A program made the translations under genes and the position numbers. Positions 59,934-64,000 of a stretch of 64,000 nucleotides of DNA are shown piece after piece (the stretch's first letter is position 1; every line of letters begins with the position of its first letter). This DNA is from Candidatus Binatia bacterium (GTDB taxonomy: Bacteria; Desulfobacterota; Binatia; UBA9968; JAJDTQ01): assembly GCA_963666515.2 (NCBI GenBank), contig OY762897.2, positions 1,280,001 through 1,344,000 on the forward strand, written 5' to 3'. The notes below the pieces were generated by a model, which searched no databases, was not told the DNA's origin, and saw nothing but the letters and a program-made list of their open reading frames with translations.

Positions 59934-61259
59934 ATGCGAGAGTACTTCCACGAACTGGCCGATTTCTCGGTGTCGCTGTTGAAGGCGCGGGAGGTGCTGC
60001 TGCTGGGCTTTTCCGGCGAGGAATCGAGCTTCGTGCGCTTCAACCGGAGCGCCGTGCGCCAGGCCGGCGCCGTGGAGCAACGGGCGCTCGCCCTGCATCT
60101 CATCGCGGACCGCCGGCGGGTCGCCGCCCATATGACCGTGTCCGGCGATGCGGCGCTCGACCGGGAACGCGTCCGGCGGGCGCTCGAAACGGCGCGCGAA
60201 CGGCTCGGCATCGTCCCCGAAGACCCGTATCTCCACTACGCCACCGACGTCCGTTCCACGGAATCCGGGCATCCCAACCGCCTGCCCGAAGACGAGGGAC
60301 AGGTGCTGGATTCCATCGTCAGGGCAGGGGAGGGACGCGACCTCGTGGGCATCTACATGGCCGGCGGCATCCACCGGGGCTTCGCCAACTCCCTGGGCCA
60401 GCGCAACTGGTTCTCCACCTACAGTCACCACTTCGACTGGAGCTTCTACCTGGACGGCGACAAGGCGGTGAAGTGCGCTTATGCCGGGTTCGTGTGGAAC
60501 CCCGCGGAGTTCGCGGAGAAGGTGGAGCGGGCGGCCGCGGAGCTGGACGCGCTGCGGCGGCCGGCGCGGACCCTGAAACCTGGACGCTACCGCGTCTACC
60601 TGGCGCCGCAGGCCCTGGAGGAGGTGGTGGGGCTGCTTCGTTGGGGCGGCTTCGGCCTGACCGCCCACCGGACGCGGCGGACGCCGCTCCTGCGCATGAT
60701 CACCGGCGACGCCGCGCTGGACCGGTCGGTGAGCATGGCGGAGGACACCGGCGCCGGTCTCACCGCCAACTTCGACGACGCCGGCTTCATCAAGCCGGAG
60801 CGGATCGCCCTCATCGACCGGGGAAGGCTCGGCGAGCCCCTGGTATCGGCCCGGGCGGCGAAGGAGTACGGCATCCCGGCCAACGGCGCCGGCCGGCGCG
60901 AATCCCCGGAGTCGCTGGCCATGGCGGGAGGCTCGATCCCGCGGAAGGACGTCCTCGCCGCCCTTGGCACGGGGATCTGCATCAACAACCTCTGGTACCT
61001 GAACTATTCCGACCGGGACGCCTGCCGCATGACCGGCATGACGCGCTTCGCCGCCTTCTGGGTGGAGGACGGCGAGATGCAGGCGCCCGTCAACGTCATG
61101 CGTTTCGACGAGACGCTGTACCGCATGCTCGGGGAAAACCTCGCGGGCCTGACCCGGGAAGTGGAGATGCTGCCTGACTCCAACTCCTACGGCGGCCGTT
61201 CCACCCGCAGCGTGCGGCTCCCGGGCGCGCTGGTGGAGGATTTCGCGCTGACCCTGTGA
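59934..61259 (+). CDS. TldE/PmbA-type subunit
   Basis: Follows tldD; RFN.S, PGRY.VYL.P, TGMTR; no HExxH. Confidence 0.82.
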   Translation: MREYFHELADFSVSLLKAREVLLLGFSGEESSFVRFNRSAVRQAGAVEQRALALHLIADRRRVAAHMTVSGDAALDRERVRRALETARERLGIVPEDPYLHYATDVRSTESGHPNRLPEDEGQVLDSIVRAGEGRDLVGIYMAGGIHRGFANSLGQRNWFSTYSHHFDWSFYLDGDKAVKCAYAGFVWNPAEFAEKVERAAAELDALRRPARTLKPGRYRVYLAPQALEEVVGLLRWGGFGLTAHRTRRTPLLRMITGDAALDRSVSMAEDTGAGLTANFDDAGFIKPERIALIDRGRLGEPLVSARAAKEYGIPANGAGRRESPESLAMAGGSIPRKDVLAALGTGICINNLWYLNYSDRDACRMTGMTRFAAFWVEDGEMQAPVNVMRFDETLYRMLGENLAGLTREVEMLPDSNSYGGRSTRSVRLPGALVEDFALTL

Positions 61260-61278
61260 ACCCTCCAGTTGCGATACG

Positions 61279-61331
61279 AGCATGCGCCCTTCGACTTCGC
61301 TCCGCTACGCTCAGGACGAACGGCGCATGCT
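61279..61331. repeat. Single copy of second REP-like family inside a 10-bp inverted repeat
   Basis: AGCATGCGCC-CTTCGACTTCGCTCCGCTACGCTCAGGACGAAC-GGCGCATGCT. Confidence 0.78.
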
Positions 61332-61438
61332 TCCAGCTACTTGGACGCCCCTGACAGGCGAAGTGAGGCGCTTCCAGGCATTGCAGATGCGCAATTCAAG
61401 TGATTTATTGGCTCGACAGGGAACGCAGGGAGGTAGAG

Positions 61439-62290
61439 ATGAAGACCAACGGTTATGATCGCAAAGCCGATGATCTGGGCAACGTCGTCGCCCTGGAGCA
61501 CGTCAACGTCACCATACCCGACCAGGCCACCGCAGTGACGTTCTACGTACTCGGGCTCGGGCTGACCCGGGACCCGTACATGAACGTGGGCCTGAACAAC
61601 ATGTGGGTCAACGTCGGCGGCCAGCAGTTCCACCTGCCCACCCGCGGAATACAGAAGATTTCCGGACACATCGGCTTGGTCTTCCCCGATATCGAAACGC
61701 TGAAGAAGCGCCTGGGAACGGTGGAGGGGGAACTCAAGGGGACCCGTTTCAAGTGGCGCGACGCCGGCGACCACGTGGCCGTGACGGGTCCCTGGGGCAA
61801 CCGCTTCCGTTGCCATGCTGCCGGGCCGGAGTTCGGCGACATGACCATCGGCATGCCCTACGTCGAGTTCCTGACCCGGCCGGGCACGGCACAGGCCATC
61901 GGCAAGTTCTACCGTACCGTGCTGCAGGCGCCCGCAACCTACAAGAACGGCAGCGCGACGGTGAAGGTGGGACGCAACCAGAGCCTGATCTTCACCGAGA
62001 CCGACAAGCGGATCCCCCGCTACGACGGCCACCATATCGCCGTCTACATCGCCAACTTCTCCCACGCCCACCAGTTCCTGCTGCGCCGGGACCTGATCCA
62101 GGAAGAGAGCAACGCTCACCAGTACCGCTTCAGGGACATCGTCGATCCGGGCACCGGCGAAAAGGTCTTTGCGCTGGAGCACGAGGTGCGCAGCCTCTAC
62201 CACCCCATGCTCAACCGCACCATGGTCAACCGCAACGCCGAGCAGACCCAGCGCGGCTACGTGCCGGGGCGCGACGTGTACTACCCCTGA
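61439..62290 (+). CDS. VOC/glyoxalase-like protein
   Basis: LEHVNVTIPD...FY...LGL, QFHL, HHIAVY. Confidence 0.7.
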   Translation: MKTNGYDRKADDLGNVVALEHVNVTIPDQATAVTFYVLGLGLTRDPYMNVGLNNMWVNVGGQQFHLPTRGIQKISGHIGLVFPDIETLKKRLGTVEGELKGTRFKWRDAGDHVAVTGPWGNRFRCHAAGPEFGDMTIGMPYVEFLTRPGTAQAIGKFYRTVLQAPATYKNGSATVKVGRNQSLIFTETDKRIPRYDGHHIAVYIANFSHAHQFLLRRDLIQEESNAHQYRFRDIVDPGTGEKVFALEHEVRSLYHPMLNRTMVNRNAEQTQRGYVPGRDVYYP

Positions 62291-62297
62291 CCCGGAA

Positions 62298-64000
62298 TCA
62301 GGTCCGGGGTGACGGGCCGTTTTTGCCGAACAGTTCCTCCAGGCGGGCCAGGGCGTCGGGCATGTCCACGCCCGGCGCGTCCACCACGGGCAGCAGCGGA
62401 TCCGCCTTCTTCTCGAAACGCCTGACCGCGGTCTTCAGCGTAAACCGGCCGGGGTCCAGCTTGGCGGTGACCTCGGACCAGCGGAGCGGGCAGGATACCG
62501 GCGCGCCCGGCAGGGGCCGCACCGAGAAGGGCGCGGCAATGGTGCGGCCGTAGCCGTTCTGGCCGAAGTCTATGTAGACCTTGCCTTCCCGGGCGTGGAG
62601 CGGACGCGCCACCGTGGCGATGTCCGGCACTCTCTGCTCCGCGGCCAGCGCCAGCAGGCGCGCGAAGGTGCGGCACTGTTCGTAGAGGTAGTGCCGTCCC
62701 ATGGGCACCAGGATGTGGAGGCCGGTGGCGCCGGAGGTCTTGATGCCGGCGGTCACCTCCAACTCCGTGAGGATGGCCTTGAGGGTTCTGGCCACGCGCA
62801 CGACGTGGGCGAAGGGCGCCCCCTTGGGGTCGAGGTCCAGCACCAGCCAGTCGGGGCGCTCCAGGGTGTCCAGCCGGCTGGCCCAGATGTGCAGCGGGAT
62901 GGCGCCGAGGTTGGCGACGTAGCGCAGGTTTTGGGCGTCGTTGACGATGAAGTAGTCGATGTCCCGGTCGGCGTCCTTCGAGTAGATACGCCGGGTCGCC
63001 ACCCAGTCGGGAACGTAGTCCGGCGCGTCCTTCTGGAAGAAGGCCTTGCCGTGGATGCCGTCGGGGAACCGCGTCAGCACTAGCGGACGATCCCGGAGAT
63101 AGGGCAGCAGCAGCGGCGCGACGGCCTCGTAGTAGTCGATCAGGTCGCTCTTGGTGTAGCCGTCGTCGGGCCAGAACACCTTGTCCGGATTGGTCACCGC
63201 GAACGTCGGGGCGGCCGGGCGCCGCGCGGAGGCCGGCGGGAAGGGCGCATCGTCTTCCTGGACCGCCACAGGGGTTTCGTTGTGGCGCCCCTGGGACACG
63301 AATTCTTCGCGGCGGCATTCCTCCGGCGCCTTGTCGTCCCGCAGGCCCAGGAAAGACGGGTGCCGCAGGCCGCCGTCGGCGGTCCATCCGCTGAACTCCA
63401 CTTCGCAGACGAGCCGGGGCTCCACCCAGTGATGCTCCCTTCCGGCCGGCGTCCCTTTGGCGAACGGGGAATCCTCCCGCGCCAGGGCGACGAGCCGTTC
63501 GTGAACGGAACCGAGGGTCTCGCGGTCGAAACCCGTGCCCACCTTCGACACGTAGACCAGTTCCCGGCCGCGGTAGAGCCCGAGATGGAGCGCTCCGAAA
63601 CAGGGCCGCGAGCCGCCGGGGCGGGTGTATCCGCCGATGACGAACTCCTGGTGCGGCCGGCACTTGAATTTCAACCACTCGCGAGTGCGGCCCGCGGCGT
63701 AACGGCTGTCGGCGCGCTTGCCGATGATCCCCTCCAGGCGATTCTCCCAGGCGGCGCGGTAGAAGTCCTCACCGCGTTCGGGAACGTGCTCGCAATACTG
63801 GACCACGCCCCGGTGCGGCAGGAAGAGGGAAAGGTACTCCTTTCGCCGCGTCAGGGGCAGCGTGCGGAGGTCCCGCGCACCGGCTTCGAGGCAGTCGAAG
63901 AAGACTCCGCGGACCGGTACCGCCCGCGCCGTCCGCTCGATGTCGAAGCGGTCCGTCAGGTGCATCCGAGGCTGGAGCCGCTGGAAGCTCGGGCGCCCCG
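62298..64000 (-). CDS. ligD: NHEJ DNA ligase D (ligase + polymerase domains; 5' end outside window)
   Basis: EGIIGKRADSRY..GR..WLKFK, LRHPSFLGLRDDK, TNPDKVFWP, RFPDG, DLDP, KTSG..GLH. Confidence 0.93.
   Translation of the reverse strand, partial: GRPSFQRLQPRMHLTDRFDIERTARAVPVRGVFFDCLEAGARDLRTLPLTRRKEYLSLFLPHRGVVQYCEHVPERGEDFYRAAWENRLEGIIGKRADSRYAAGRTREWLKFKCRPHQEFVIGGYTRPGGSRPCFGALHLGLYRGRELVYVSKVGTGFDRETLGSVHERLVALAREDSPFAKGTPAGREHHWVEPRLVCEVEFSGWTADGGLRHPSFLGLRDDKAPEECRREEFVSQGRHNETPVAVQEDDAPFPPASARRPAAPTFAVTNPDKVFWPDDGYTKSDLIDYYEAVAPLLLPYLRDRPLVLTRFPDGIHGKAFFQKDAPDYVPDWVATRRIYSKDADRDIDYFIVNDAQNLRYVANLGAIPLHIWASRLDTLERPDWLVLDLDPKGAPFAHVVRVARTLKAILTELEVTAGIKTSGATGLHILVPMGRHYLYEQCRTFARLLALAAEQRVPDIATVARPLHAREGKVYIDFGQNGYGRTIAAPFSVRPLPGAPVSCPLRWSEVTAKLDPGRFTLKTAVRRFEKKADPLLPVVDAPGVDMPDALARLEELFGKNGPSPRT

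Overview
High-GC Gram-negative bacterial chromosome. The gene content suggests a Deltaproteobacteria/Binatia-like organism (inference only). 1-14.3 kb is an outer-membrane/lipid A operon (lolC/E-lolD-bamA-skp-lpxD-fabZ-lpxI-gnnA-like-lpxB-msbA-waaA-lpxK-kdkA) that lacks lpxA. 14.4-26.8 kb holds housekeeping and metabolic genes (two RRM proteins, infA, rpiA, rmuC, frmA, xdh-type). 26.8-33.5 kb is accessory island 1 (HNH nuclease, IS1634-like element, unknown two-gene enzyme+TPR operon). 33.5-48.9 kb holds recD2, asmA and a catabolic cluster. 48.9-54.6 kb is accessory island 2 (RlmJ-like fragment, DUF429, Rpn, second IS1634-like element), bounded by diverged ~280-bp duplicates of core sequence. 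54.7-64 kb holds a GMC oxidoreductase, tldD/E and ligD. The best novelty candidate is a ~390-nt highly structured transcript at 56362-56753 with its own near-consensus promoter, an occluded 12-codon ORF and an intrinsic terminator; I cannot match it to a known RNA class. All calls come from reading motifs by eye; no database searches were run.
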